Source of the DNA: an uncultured Chitinophagales bacterium
GTDB taxonomy: Bacteria; Bacteroidota; Bacteroidia; Chitinophagales; BACL12
Length of the DNA stretch: 64,000 bases
NCBI GenBank assembly: GCA_964463165.1
Contig: CAYXBK010000010.1
Location: 29,648-93,647, forward strand
Reading direction: 5' to 3'
In this document: one piece after another, positions 12,082 to 21,871 of the stretch
Layout of the letters: each line of letters starts with the position of its first letter
Position numbering within the stretch: the stretch's first letter is position 1
The notes under the pieces: generated by a model
Database searches by the model: none
The model's input: the letters and a program-made list of their open reading frames with translations, nothing else
What the model was told of the DNA's origin: nothing
Translations under genes and position numbers: made by a program

Positions 12082-12927
12082 ATGCTGGAACTATATCATA
12101 AATCATCGTTTATCTGCAGCAGGAAAGTGACGGAACTTTACAGTACTTCGTTCACATTAGGTATTAAAGCATTGGATAAAAAATTTCACAATGCGATCTA
12201 CGGCATTTATGGTTTCGTGCGCTATGCAGATGAAATTGTGGATACGTTTCACGACTGGGATAAAGAAAAATTATTGAATAAATTCAAACAGGATACGTTT
12301 GAGGCGATCGACCAGAAAATTTCTTTAAATCCGGTCCTCCATGCATTTCAGTTAACCGTTCATAAATATCAGATCCCGCATGAACTGATAGAAGCATTTT
12401 TAAGGAGTATGGAAATGGATCTGCATTTTTCAAATTATAAGCAGGCCCATTATGAAGAATATATTTACGGCAGTGCAGAAGTTGTAGGGCTGATGTGCCT
12501 CAAAGTATTTTGTGATGGCGATGAAAAATTATATCGTGCATTGGTTCCTTCGGCAAGAAGCCTGGGTGCTGCCTTTCAAAAAGTAAATTTCCTGCGTGAT
12601 ATCCGTTCAGATTATAAAGAGCGGGGCCGCGTGTATTTCCCGGATGTGGATTTTGAGAATTTTTGTAAAGCATCAAAAGAAAAAATTGAAGCTGAAATTG
12701 AAATTGATTTTGAAAAAGCATTTGACGGAATTTTAAAATTACCCGTGCACGCCCGCTTCGGAGTGTATCTGGCCTATAAATATTATTTGAAATTGTTTCA
12801 AAAGATCAGGCAAACCGAGGCGTCCGAAATTATGCAGGCCCGTATCCGCGTTTCCGATAAAAATAAAATCGCTTTATGGATCGCATCCTATTTTAATTCA
12901 ACTATTTTAGGAATATATCCGCGATGA
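12082..12927 (+). CDS. crtB: Phytoene synthase
   Basis: 281 aa. YGFVRYADEIVD (first Asp-rich motif region) and a second motif region ...FQKVNFLRDIRSD. Adjacent to crtI. Confidence 0.9.
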   Translation: MLELYHKSSFICSRKVTELYSTSFTLGIKALDKKFHNAIYGIYGFVRYADEIVDTFHDWDKEKLLNKFKQDTFEAIDQKISLNPVLHAFQLTVHKYQIPHELIEAFLRSMEMDLHFSNYKQAHYEEYIYGSAEVVGLMCLKVFCDGDEKLYRALVPSARSLGAAFQKVNFLRDIRSDYKERGRVYFPDVDFENFCKASKEKIEAEIEIDFEKAFDGILKLPVHARFGVYLAYKYYLKLFQKIRQTEASEIMQARIRVSDKNKIALWIASYFNSTILGIYPR

Positions 12928-13646
12928 GCAATGCATATACATATTTATTGGTCAATTTCGGGACGTTACTCTTTCCGCTGCTTTTCAGTTTTGAAAAAAA
13001 AGTTGCTTACTTTAAAACATGGAAATTTTTATTTCCATCCATGCTCATCACTGCAGCCTTATTTTTAACATGGGATTATTTTTTTACGGCAAAAGGTATC
13101 TGGGGGTTTAATCCGGATTATGTTTCGGGTTTATATTTTTTGAATTTACCTGTTGAAGAAGTATTGTTCTTTTTCATCATCCCTTTTTCAAGCATTTTTA
13201 TTTATATGTTTCTGAATCGCTTCTGGCCCGATGCCGGTTTCTTCAGGAAATATGCAAGAAGCATTACCATTTTAATTTTAACTGTTGCCATTGTTCTGGC
13301 CATTTTTAATTACAACAAAGCATATACATTGCTTAATTGCAGTTATGCCATTGTGTTACTGAGTCTGCAATTGTTTTTTGTAAAAGGTGATTATATGGGA
13401 AGATTTTACAGATTTTATCTCGTGCACCTCATTCCTTTTTTTATTGTAAATAGCATATTAACCGGTACCGGGTTACAGAACCCTGTGGTTTGGTACAACA
13501 ATCATGAAAATATCGGAATCCGGCTTGGCACTATCCCTGCAGAAGATCTCCTATATTCCATGAGTTTAATGCTGATGAATATTTCTCTATTTGAATATTT
13601 CAGACAACAGAGTTTTAAAACAAAATTGCAAACATCATTCAAATGA
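12924..13646 (+). CDS. Lycopene cyclase domain protein (fused CrtYc/CrtYd type)
   Basis: 240 aa polytopic membrane protein with two PxE(E/D) motifs (LPVEEVLFF and IPAEDLLY). Overlaps crtB and crtZ by 4 nt each. Confidence 0.85.
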   Translation: MSNAYTYLLVNFGTLLFPLLFSFEKKVAYFKTWKFLFPSMLITAALFLTWDYFFTAKGIWGFNPDYVSGLYFLNLPVEEVLFFFIIPFSSIFIYMFLNRFWPDAGFFRKYARSITILILTVAIVLAIFNYNKAYTLLNCSYAIVLLSLQLFFVKGDYMGRFYRFYLVHLIPFFIVNSILTGTGLQNPVVWYNNHENIGIRLGTIPAEDLLYSMSLMLMNISLFEYFRQQSFKTKLQTSFK

Positions 13647-14101
13647 ATCTTCTCATAAATGTACTCGCGTTTAGTGCTGCCTTTATTTTTATGGAGGGAT
13701 TTGCATGGTTCATGCATAAATATGTGATGCACGGAATTGGTTGGTTTCTGCATAAATCGCATCATGAACCACGCAGCGGAAAATTTGAACTGAATGATCT
13801 CTACGCACTCATTTTTGCAATTCCTGCTTTTATTTTAATGCTCATCGGTTCGCCGGAATACAATTACATTTTTTGGCTGGGAACCGGTATCACCGCTTAT
13901 GGCATTTGCTATTTTGTATTTCATGATGTGATTGTGCACCGCCGGTTGAAATATAACCGGAAACCATCTGGAAAATATATGCAGCGCATCATCCGTGCAC
14001 ATAAGATACATCATAAAAAAATGTCGAAAGAGGAAGGACAGGCTTTCGGTTTTTTATTTGCCCATCCGAAATTTGATGTCAAGAAAATAAATGAAGATTA
14101 A
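13643..14101 (+). CDS. crtZ: Beta-carotene hydroxylase
   Basis: 152 aa with His boxes HKYVMH, HKSHH, HDVIVH and HKIHH, typical of CrtZ / fatty-acid-hydroxylase-type enzymes. Confidence 0.9.
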   Translation: MNLLINVLAFSAAFIFMEGFAWFMHKYVMHGIGWFLHKSHHEPRSGKFELNDLYALIFAIPAFILMLIGSPEYNYIFWLGTGITAYGICYFVFHDVIVHRRLKYNRKPSGKYMQRIIRAHKIHHKKMSKEEGQAFGFLFAHPKFDVKKINED

Positions 14102-15312
14102 CTCAGCTTTATTATATTTTTTTTGAAGAGAAAGTTTGATATTAGAAGAACACCGGTGGTGATACCAAGCAATACAATTACATTTTCTCCGATCGCACCC
14201 AGCCCTTCTTTCCTCCAGAATATATCATAAAACCCCTGGATGCTCCAGTAGTTGACGGTAACCACTGCGATATTTTGCATGAACTGCGGCATAATATAGA
14301 GCGGTATCATACTGCCTCCGATACCACTCATAAATAAAATCAGAATTGTGCCGAGTGAATCTGCCTGCTTTTTTGTTGTGACGATGCTCGATAAAAAAAC
14401 ACCGAATGCCGAACACGCCAATGCAGTTGCAAGGATCATGATGAATAAAGCCGGCAGGTTGATAAATATATTCAATCCGAATGCAAGCCATGCGAAAACA
14501 AACATGACGGTTAATTGAAAAATTGCAACAACTGTGGAAGTCAGCATTTTTCCGAACATGATGGATGATGGATGGAGTGGTGATTGCAATAATTTTTTCA
14601 ATACACCATTTTCTTTTTCTTCCAGTAAACTCTGGCCGAGTGCACTAACGCTGAATAACAACATCATGATCGCAGTTCCTGCCACCGCCTGAATTAATCC
14701 CCAATTGGATTCCGCATCTCCCACAACACTCGTCATGGTTACCAGGCTGGTTTCTTTTTCTGCTGCTTCCGACTGGCGGATAAATGTTTGTGTCATTGTA
14801 TCTTTTGAAGACTGCGGCATCATCGGAAATAAATTCTGCACCATTAAACCGATGCCGCGGTTTTTATTTACTTCCCCGCTTACTTCAGATAATTTTCCAA
14901 CCAGGAGATTTTGCAGAATACTTACTTCCATGGACCGGCTCTGATCAAATAATAATTCAACAGGGATATTATTTCCTTCACTCAATGAATCGCTGAATCC
15001 TTTACTTATAATTACTGCTGCAATTTCATCACCCGATTTTATTTTTTGCAGGGCTTCGTCTTTTGTTGTGGCTGTAAATTCAAGCCCGGGAATACTATCA
15101 AGTTGTGCGATGATATTTTTTGATGCATCTGTCTGATCCGCATCAGTAAATAAAACATGCACGGGGCTTGCATCACTTTCATCATCGTTTGCAACACCGC
15201 CAAACGCAAATGCAAACAAGGTGATGAGGCCGACAGGTAAAAGCAGTGCAAGAAATAATGCTTTCCTGTCTGAAAAAAATATGCGTAGGTCCTTTTTTAA
15301 AATCTGCCACAT
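14098..15312 (-). CDS. ABC-2 type transporter permease
   Basis: 404 aa. N-terminal TM, a large extracytoplasmic loop, then 5 C-terminal TM segments. Lies downstream of the ABC ATPase. Confidence 0.75.
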   Translation of the reverse strand: MWQILKKDLRIFFSDRKALFLALLLPVGLITLFAFAFGGVANDDESDASPVHVLFTDADQTDASKNIIAQLDSIPGLEFTATTKDEALQKIKSGDEIAAVIISKGFSDSLSEGNNIPVELLFDQSRSMEVSILQNLLVGKLSEVSGEVNKNRGIGLMVQNLFPMMPQSSKDTMTQTFIRQSEAAEKETSLVTMTSVVGDAESNWGLIQAVAGTAIMMLLFSVSALGQSLLEEKENGVLKKLLQSPLHPSSIMFGKMLTSTVVAIFQLTVMFVFAWLAFGLNIFINLPALFIMILATALACSAFGVFLSSIVTTKKQADSLGTILILFMSGIGGSMIPLYIMPQFMQNIAVVTVNYWSIQGFYDIFWRKEGLGAIGENVIVLLGITTGVLLISNFLFKKNIIKLS

Positions 15313-15321
15313 AAAAATGAA

Positions 15322-16239
15322 TTAATCGCGGAGTTGACGGCCGGTGAGGTGTAAAAAAATTGTTTCAAGGTTTGTACTGCGGATATCAATGTTTTGAATC
15401 TGAATATGCGTATCTGCACAATGCTTTACGAGAAGCGGTAAATCACTGTTTAAATTTCTGCTTGCAATGATGATTTCTTTTTTTTCAGGATCATGTTCCA
15501 TTTTATATCCGTTAAATACCGGTGAAAGAAATTCATTGTTGTATGTGATCACAACAATTTCTTCCATCTGGTTTTGTTTTTTTAATTCATCTAATGTTCC
15601 TTCTGCAATCAAATTTCCTTTATCGATAATGCCGATGCGATCGCAAAGCCTTTCGGCTTCCGCCATATAATGCGTGGTATATAAAATCGTTTTTCCGTTT
15701 TTATGCAATTCATCAAGCAGATCATAAATTTTATTTCTGCTTTGCGGATCAATTCCAACGGTGGGCTCATCCATAATGATGACGGCAGGATCATGCATCA
15801 ATGCGCAGGCAATGTTGATTCTCCGTTTCATGCCGCCCGAATAAGTTTTGATCAGATCTTTTTTCCTGTCTGCAAGACCGACCCATTCGAGTAAATTTTC
15901 TGCCTTTTGTTTTGCTTGTGCTCCTTTCACATGATATAAACTTCCCCAGAAAAGTAAATTATCCAGGGCATGCATTTCATCGTACAATGCAATTTCCTGC
16001 GGCACGATCCCCATTTTCATTTTCACTTCACCCTTGTTCCTGTAAATATCCTTGCCGTCTGCAAGAATATTTCCTTCATCGGGCGGCAGGATGGCGCTGA
16101 TCATATGAATGGTGGTGGTTTTACCGGCGCCATTCGGACCGAGAAGCCCGTAAAATTCGCCTTCATTTATCCTGAATGAAATATGGTTTACAGCGAGAAG
16201 CTGTTTATATTTTTTTGAAATATTGCTGATCTCAAGCAT
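15322..16239 (-). CDS. ABC transporter ATP-binding protein
   Basis: Walker [10 protein letters not shown], signature YSGGMKRR, Walker [12 protein letters not shown]. Confidence 0.9.
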   Translation of the reverse strand: MLEISNISKKYKQLLAVNHISFRINEGEFYGLLGPNGAGKTTTIHMISAILPPDEGNILADGKDIYRNKGEVKMKMGIVPQEIALYDEMHALDNLLFWGSLYHVKGAQAKQKAENLLEWVGLADRKKDLIKTYSGGMKRRINIACALMHDPAVIIMDEPTVGIDPQSRNKIYDLLDELHKNGKTILYTTHYMAEAERLCDRIGIIDKGNLIAEGTLDELKKQNQMEEIVVITYNNEFLSPVFNGYKMEHDPEKKEIIIASRNLNSDLPLLVKHCADTHIQIQNIDIRSTNLETIFLHLTGRQLRD

Positions 16240-16343
16240 GACAGCATAAAATTAAAAAATTGCAGACAGCTCTTTCGATATTTTGTTTGAACAGCTCCGA
16301 ATGATCTTCGAATCAGGTAATTTCGTCGGTGAATTGCATACGC

Positions 16344-17048
16344 ATGTCATATCATTTCACAATCAAAGAATGGGACAGTGAATTTTTCGGATATCCTGTG
16401 GCATCCATTGAAGGTGATGGAGATATGCGGGATTTCAAAAAATTAATTGATCAGTTGCAATCTGATCATATCAAACTTGCATATTGGTTTTTTAACCACA
16501 ATGCAGATCAGAAAAAAAAAATTGCAGCAAATTTTAACGGTATTGTACTGCACAACAGGTTAACGCATCAGTTCCTTATCGCAAATAATGCAGTACCGGA
16601 AATAAAGTCTGAACAGATTAGATTACTTGACAAAGAGAATGAGGATTTACTGCAACTAATTTTTGATTGCGGGCAATTCAGCAGATTTAAAACGGATCCG
16701 AATTTTGGTGAAGAACTGTATGAAAAATTATATCGCCACTGGATCAGTCAAATGCTGGAGCATCATATTGTTTTCGGATTTTTTATTGAAGAGAAAATAA
16801 ATGGTGTTGCAGTTGTAGAATTGAAAAATGAAATTGCCGCTTTTCATTTTCTGGCCGTATCTGCATCAAAAAGAAATACCGGCATCGGGAAACAGCTGAC
16901 ACGTGCAGTGATTCAAACCGCTGCAGCAAATAAATGCAAATCAATTATTGCCTTTACCCACCGCATGAATACGCCCATATGGAAATTGCTGGAGGCGGAA
17001 GGATTTCAATGTATCAATGAAGAATCCGTATATCATTTTTGGTTATGA
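16344..17048 (+). CDS. GNAT acetyltransferase, WecD-like (amino-sugar N-acetyltransferase family)
   Basis: The track start is a GTG at 16329. ATG at 16344 gives MSYHFTIKEWDSEFFGYPVASI, resembling the WecD N-terminal domain. The C-terminal GNAT core has RNTGIGKQL. Confidence 0.55.
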   Translation: MSYHFTIKEWDSEFFGYPVASIEGDGDMRDFKKLIDQLQSDHIKLAYWFFNHNADQKKKIAANFNGIVLHNRLTHQFLIANNAVPEIKSEQIRLLDKENEDLLQLIFDCGQFSRFKTDPNFGEELYEKLYRHWISQMLEHHIVFGFFIEEKINGVAVVELKNEIAAFHFLAVSASKRNTGIGKQLTRAVIQTAAANKCKSIIAFTHRMNTPIWKLLEAEGFQCINEESVYHFWL

Positions 17049-17281
17049 TTGAATTACCTGTTTATACGAAATTTCAGCTTGCATTGCGCAATGGTGCAGA
17101 CAGGGAAGAAATATGGATCGCATACAAAGGAATTATTTATGATGTTACGGATAGTACTTTGTGGCGATCCGGGAAACATTATGAGCATTTTGCGGGGCAG
17201 GATCTTACCTTGGAATTACCCGATGCACCGCATACCGAAATTGTTTTCGAGCGATTAAAAAAAATCGGCATTCTGAAATAA
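17045..17281 (+). CDS. Cytochrome b5-like heme/steroid-binding domain protein
   Basis: About 78 aa. IWIAYKGIIYDVTDSTLWRSGKHYEHFAGQDLT resembles the small bacterial cyt-b5-like family. ATG at 17045 overlaps the GNAT stop codon (ATGA). Confidence 0.55.
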   Translation: MIELPVYTKFQLALRNGADREEIWIAYKGIIYDVTDSTLWRSGKHYEHFAGQDLTLELPDAPHTEIVFERLKKIGILK

Positions 17282-17284
17282 AAA

Positions 17285-18208
17285 TTATCTTGCCTTCAGC
17301 GTAAATTTTGTAAGATTTACAAAATCACCAACACGTTTGTTTACCTGTGCATTTTTAATTTCAAATAAACGCTGCGGTCCGAATTTTTCGACACAGAAAG
17401 ATGCAAGTGCAGAACCGTAAATTACCGCACGCTTCATATTCGTATAGGTGGTGTTTTTGGTTTTTGCGATATAACCCATAAAACCGCCGGCAAATGTATC
17501 ACCCGCACCGGTCGGGTCAAAAATTTCTTCGAGCGGAAGGGCAGGAGCAAAAAACACTTCATCACCGTAAAATAAAAGTGCTCCGTGTTCTCCTTTTTTG
17601 ATCACAAGATATTTCGGCCCCATCTTCATAATTATTTTTGCGGCCTTTGCGATCGAATATTCATTTGCAAGCTGCCTTGCTTCTTCATCATTGATGATAA
17701 GAATATCCACCATTTTGATCACTTTGTGCAAATCCGTTCTGGTATTATTCATCCAGTAATTCATCGTATCCATTGCGATGAGTTTTGGACGTACTTTTAA
17801 TTGATCGATCACGTCGATTTGTAATTTCGGATCAATATTTCCGAGCATCAGATAATCAGGCTTCCTGTAATTTTCAGGCAAAACAGGATCAAAATCCGCA
17901 AGCACATTCAAATCGGTTTTGATCGTATCACGTGTATTCATGTCGAGATGATATCTGCCTGCCCAAAAGAATGATTTTTTCCCCTTCACGATCTGAACAC
18001 CTTCGGTATGAATTCCTTTTTTATTGAAATTGCTGAACATCTCTTTTGGAAAATCATCTCCTACAACGGAAACCAATTTTATATTTCCGTAGAAAAAGGA
18101 TGCGGCAAGGCCGATATAGGTTCCCGAACCGCCGACGATCTTATCTGTTTTTCCGAAAGGTGTTTCAATTGCATCAAAAGCAACTGTTCCAACGATGAGT
18201 ATGCTCAT
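17285..18208 (-). CDS. PfkB-family carbohydrate/nucleoside kinase
   Basis: The likely start is the internal MSILIVGTVAFD, because the longer ORF adds a non-conserved leader. C-terminal motif DPTGAGDTFAGGF. Confidence 0.85.
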   Translation of the reverse strand: MSILIVGTVAFDAIETPFGKTDKIVGGSGTYIGLAASFFYGNIKLVSVVGDDFPKEMFSNFNKKGIHTEGVQIVKGKKSFFWAGRYHLDMNTRDTIKTDLNVLADFDPVLPENYRKPDYLMLGNIDPKLQIDVIDQLKVRPKLIAMDTMNYWMNNTRTDLHKVIKMVDILIINDEEARQLANEYSIAKAAKIIMKMGPKYLVIKKGEHGALLFYGDEVFFAPALPLEEIFDPTGAGDTFAGGFMGYIAKTKNTTYTNMKRAVIYGSALASFCVEKFGPQRLFEIKNAQVNKRVGDFVNLTKFTLKAR

Positions 18209-18341
18209 GCAAAAAATTTTCCCGAAAATAGGAAACATGCTGAAAATAACTTCGGGAGTTGTTAACAGGAAAGTTTGCGCATGTAAATTCAAATAAATTC
18301 AGAATTTCCACAGATAATTTTGATGTGAATAGAGAAGAGAA

Positions 18342-18349
18342 TAAATTTG
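18342..18349 (+). promoter_or_regulatory. Candidate -7 promoter box (TAAATTTG) for tRNA-Asn
   Basis: Matches TAnnTTTG and ends 10 nt before the first tRNA nucleotide. A second match, TAATTTTG, is at 18315-18322. Confidence 0.4.
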
Positions 18350-18359
18350 CACTCCAATT

Positions 18360-18433
18360 TCCTCAATAGCTCAGTTGGTTAGAGCGACTGACTGTTAATC
18401 AGTAGGTCCCTGGTTCAAGTCCAGGTTGGGGAG
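18360..18433 (+). tRNA. tRNA-Asn (anticodon GTT)
   Basis: Cloverleaf folded by hand. Acceptor stem TCCTCAA/TTGGGGA, D-loop AGCTCAGTTGGTTAGAGC, anticodon loop CTGTTAA, T-arm CCTGG-TTCAAGT-CCAGG, discriminator G. CCA is not encoded. Confidence 0.9.
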
Positions 18434-18437
18434 CAAC

Positions 18438-18468
18438 AAAAAGCAGGTAGATTCCTGCTTTTTGTTTT
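18438..18468 (+). terminator. Rho-independent terminator after tRNA-Asn
   Basis: AAAAAGCAGG-tagatt-CCTGCTTTTT hairpin followed by GTTTT. Confidence 0.7.
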
Positions 18469-18563
18469 ACGGAACAGATCGAATATGTGAAAAAACTTTT
18501 TCACGCATTTCAACAATTTCACTAACTTTCGCAACTCTTTATTACCTACAACCCGAGAACTTA

Positions 18564-21500
18564 ATGAAGAAACCCGTACTCTACACACTTATTTTCCAGT
18601 TTCTGCTATTGACTTCATCGGCGCAAATTATTACAACGCCTGATACTACCATTTGTATCGGCGGAACAGCTATTCTTGAAGTTGTTTCGGCTGTGAGCTA
18701 CGGAACTTCGAGTTATACTTTCGAAACCATTCCCTATGCTCCCGAATCTTATGCGGGGGTTTCTCCTGCAAAAGACTATTGCGCAGCAGGTGGTGGCGGA
18801 ACCTATCTCGGAGATGATTGCTTTTCAGTGCCGATTGATATCGGATTCAGTTTTTGTTTTCTCAATTCTGCATATACACAATGTTATATCGGCTCAAACG
18901 GTTGGGTGAGTTTTACAGATCCGCCAAACAGCTGGACAACATTTACTTCTGCAACCATACCATCCACAGGATCCACAGTTCCCAAAAACTGTATTATGGG
19001 GCCCTGGCAGGACTGGCATCCCGGATTGTGTTCGCCTGCAGGAACCTGTATTAAATATCAAACCATCGGCGTTGCACCAAACAGAAAATTTGTGGTGAGT
19101 TATGACAATGTGCCGATGTATTCATGTACCTGGTTATTAGGCCAGTTTCAGATCGTACTGAACGAAACAACAAATATTATTGAAAACCATATTACGAGTA
19201 AACCGAATTGTTTAGGCTGGGCAGGCGGCACTGCAACACAAGGTGTGCATAGTGCCGACGGGCTTACGGCATTTGTTGCCCCCGGCAGAAATTCAACTCC
19301 ATGGACAGCATCCAATGAAAGTACAAGATTTGTTCCGAGTGGAATTACATGGTATGATGCTGCGGGACTCGTTGTTGGTTTCGGAGATTCAATAACCGTT
19401 TCACCAACTGTAACCACAACATATACCTGCGACCTTACGGGTTGCGACGGCATCACATATACTGCAGATATTACCGTAACCGTGGTTGATAATGACCCTT
19501 CATTCAATTACCTGCCATCCTATTGCACAACCGGAACTGCATTGCCGGCAGCCACCGGAGATCCGGGAGGCACCTATACTGTTTCGCCTGCAGGTCTTGT
19601 GATCGACCCCGTAACAGGTGAACTGGATCTGGATGCTTCATCACCCGGATTTTATACAATTACATATTCTTTCGGCGGGCCATGCTTTGAAACCGCGACC
19701 GATAATGTGAATATCATCAACGACCCGGACCCAAGTTTCACATACCCGGATGTAAGTTTTTGCCCGACAGGTTCTGTTTTACCGGATTATATTGCAACAG
19801 CCGGCGGCACATTCACAGCTTCACCTGCAGGTTTGGTAATTAATGCAGCAACAGGTTCGATTGACCTCAGTTCGGGTGTGATAGGAACAACTTATACGAT
19901 TTCTTATACCGTAGGCTTGCTTTGCCCTGCCACCGGAACTTTTACGATCACTATTTCAGATCTTGATGATCCGGGATTTGCTTATTCGGCTGCATCCTAT
20001 TGCCCCACCGGAACAACATCTCCGACATTTATCACAACCCCTGGCGGAACTTTCACTGTTTCACCTCCGGGTCTTTCTGTTAACCCTCTAACCGGATCAA
20101 TTGACCTCACAACCGGTACCGTTGGCATTACTTACACAATTACTTATACAACTCCGGCCGGCCCTTGTTCTGATTTTTCAAGTGTAACGGTAACGATCGA
20201 TCCGCTTGATGATCCTTCATTTTCTTACCCGGCAACAATCTATTGTCCTACAGGATATGAATTGCCTGTAATTACCGGTGTGACCGGCGGCAGTTTTACA
20301 ATTTCTCCCGCAACAATGATAATTGATGCAACTACCGGAGCATTAAATCTGGGATCCGGCGATCCGGGCACAACATATACGATCACCTATACAACACCTG
20401 CCGGCCCTTGTTCTAATTCAACAACATTTGCAGTAACGATTATTCCATTGGATGATCCTTCATTCGGATATGCTGCAACTGATTTTTGCCCTTACGGAAC
20501 TACGTCACCAACATATATCACAACGCCAGGCGGAACATTTTCGGTAACACCTGCAGGTTTATCGGTAAATGCGCTGACAGGAACAATCGATTTTTCAACG
20601 GCAGTACCGGGAACAAGTTATACGATCACATATACAACAGCTCCCGGCCCATGCAATGATATGTTGTCGGTAACAATAAATGTGTTGCCGTATACAGATG
20701 CGGTATTTACGTACAGTGATTTTGAATACTGTGCTTACAGTAATGTCTTACCCAATTATATTTTAAATCCGGGAGGAACATTTACGGCACCTGCCGGAGT
20801 TTCAATCAACGCATCAACCGGAGAAATTAATCTTGGCGCTTCAACTCCGGGCGGGCCATACGATATTATTTATACCAGTACCGGCTGCACAGAATCAGAT
20901 ACATTTCAAATAACAATTTTACCGTTGCCGGTAGTTGGAATTACAGTTCCTGATATTATTTGTTTTGAATCCGCACCACTTGTTTTAACCGGTGACCCTG
21001 CAGGCGGAACATTCAGTGGGGATGGAATAAGCGGCGATACGTTTGATCCTGCAATTGCCGGAAGCACAGGTGTTTACACAATAACATATTCTTATACAGA
21101 TGTAAATGGTTGTACAAATACAGCCTCCGGAAATATTTCAGTAATTCAAAATACCGTGGATGCAGGTTTGGATGTATATATTGAAGAATATACAGCGGCA
21201 AATTTATATGCAGCAGGAGGTGTTACTTTTCAATGGGATCCTTCCGATAGTTTAAGTTGCGCCGATTGTCCGGATCCGATCACAAGTATTATGACGACAA
21301 CCACCTTTACCGTTACTTCCTGGGATGTTTATGGTTGTGTAGACAGTGATGATGTAACTGTAAATGTTGTGCCGGTATTTGATGTGGAAGTTTTCGTTCC
21401 GAATACATTTACACCAAACGGTGATATGATCAACGATATGTTTTTCGCCTATGGCAGTGATCTGGTTTCCATTCTTTCCATGCGCATTTTCGATCGCTGG

Positions 21501-21674
21501 GGAGAACAGCTCTTTTTTGGTGAGAACCTCTCTCCGCTCGATCCTTCAACGGGATGGGACGGCACCTTTAATGGTCAGTCGCTCAATGAAGGTGTTTATG
21601 TATACATCATGGAAGTAATGCTCGAAGAAGGCGTCCGCCAGTTGGTGCAGGGAAATGTGACCCTGTTGAAATAA
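18564..21674 (+). CDS. Large repeat-containing surface protein with a T9SS type B (gliding-associated, CHU_C-like) C-terminal sorting domain
   Basis: The track ORF start (18426) lies inside the tRNA. ATG at 18564 gives MKKPVLYTLIFQFLLLTSSAQ, a signal peptide. There are six close plus one divergent roughly 80-aa modules (DPSF.Y....YCPTG...P......GGTFT.SPAGL.....TG.IDL......TYTITYT...PC). C-terminus is VPNTFTPNGDMINDMF...FDRWGEQLF...GVYVYIM. Confidence 0.8.
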   Translation: MKKPVLYTLIFQFLLLTSSAQIITTPDTTICIGGTAILEVVSAVSYGTSSYTFETIPYAPESYAGVSPAKDYCAAGGGGTYLGDDCFSVPIDIGFSFCFLNSAYTQCYIGSNGWVSFTDPPNSWTTFTSATIPSTGSTVPKNCIMGPWQDWHPGLCSPAGTCIKYQTIGVAPNRKFVVSYDNVPMYSCTWLLGQFQIVLNETTNIIENHITSKPNCLGWAGGTATQGVHSADGLTAFVAPGRNSTPWTASNESTRFVPSGITWYDAAGLVVGFGDSITVSPTVTTTYTCDLTGCDGITYTADITVTVVDNDPSFNYLPSYCTTGTALPAATGDPGGTYTVSPAGLVIDPVTGELDLDASSPGFYTITYSFGGPCFETATDNVNIINDPDPSFTYPDVSFCPTGSVLPDYIATAGGTFTASPAGLVINAATGSIDLSSGVIGTTYTISYTVGLLCPATGTFTITISDLDDPGFAYSAASYCPTGTTSPTFITTPGGTFTVSPPGLSVNPLTGSIDLTTGTVGITYTITYTTPAGPCSDFSSVTVTIDPLDDPSFSYPATIYCPTGYELPVITGVTGGSFTISPATMIIDATTGALNLGSGDPGTTYTITYTTPAGPCSNSTTFAVTIIPLDDPSFGYAATDFCPYGTTSPTYITTPGGTFSVTPAGLSVNALTGTIDFSTAVPGTSYTITYTTAPGPCNDMLSVTINVLPYTDAVFTYSDFEYCAYSNVLPNYILNPGGTFTAPAGVSINASTGEINLGASTPGGPYDIIYTSTGCTESDTFQITILPLPVVGITVPDIICFESAPLVLTGDPAGGTFSGDGISGDTFDPAIAGSTGVYTITYSYTDVNGCTNTASGNISVIQNTVDAGLDVYIEEYTAANLYAAGGVTFQWDPSDSLSCADCPDPITSIMTTTTFTVTSWDVYGCVDSDDVTVNVVPVFDVEVFVPNTFTPNGDMINDMFFAYGSDLVSILSMRIFDRWGEQLFFGENLSPLDPSTGWDGTFNGQSLNEGVYVYIMEVMLEEGVRQLVQGNVTLLK

Positions 21675-21828
21675 TTTTTTTTTCCACTCTTGTTTCCTTA
21701 ATACTTTGTTTAAACAGAGTGTATCTCTGCCTTCCAATTTTTAGCGCTGTTTTATCACCATTAAGAATCTGCAGGCATTTATGAAAAGAGATTGTAAGTT
21801 ATTCCTGCGATACGACATTTAAAACTGC

Positions 21829-21836
21829 TACCTTTG
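21829..21836 (+). promoter_or_regulatory. Candidate -7 promoter box (TACCTTTG) for uvrA
   Basis: Matches TAnnTTTG and lies 36 nt upstream of the uvrA GTG start. Confidence 0.4.
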
Positions 21837-21871
21837 CAAATCTTTTTAATTGCCATTTTGTTGCCGATACA

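Noticed and set aside
18426-18563. Upstream 46 codons of the adhesin ORF
   Set aside because: They overlap the tRNA-Asn 3' end and its terminator hairpin. ATG at 18564 gives a canonical signal peptide.
18293-18563. tRNA-Asn as an integration site of a genomic island
   Set aside because: No integrase, direct repeat of the tRNA 3' end, or mobility genes are on either side within the window.
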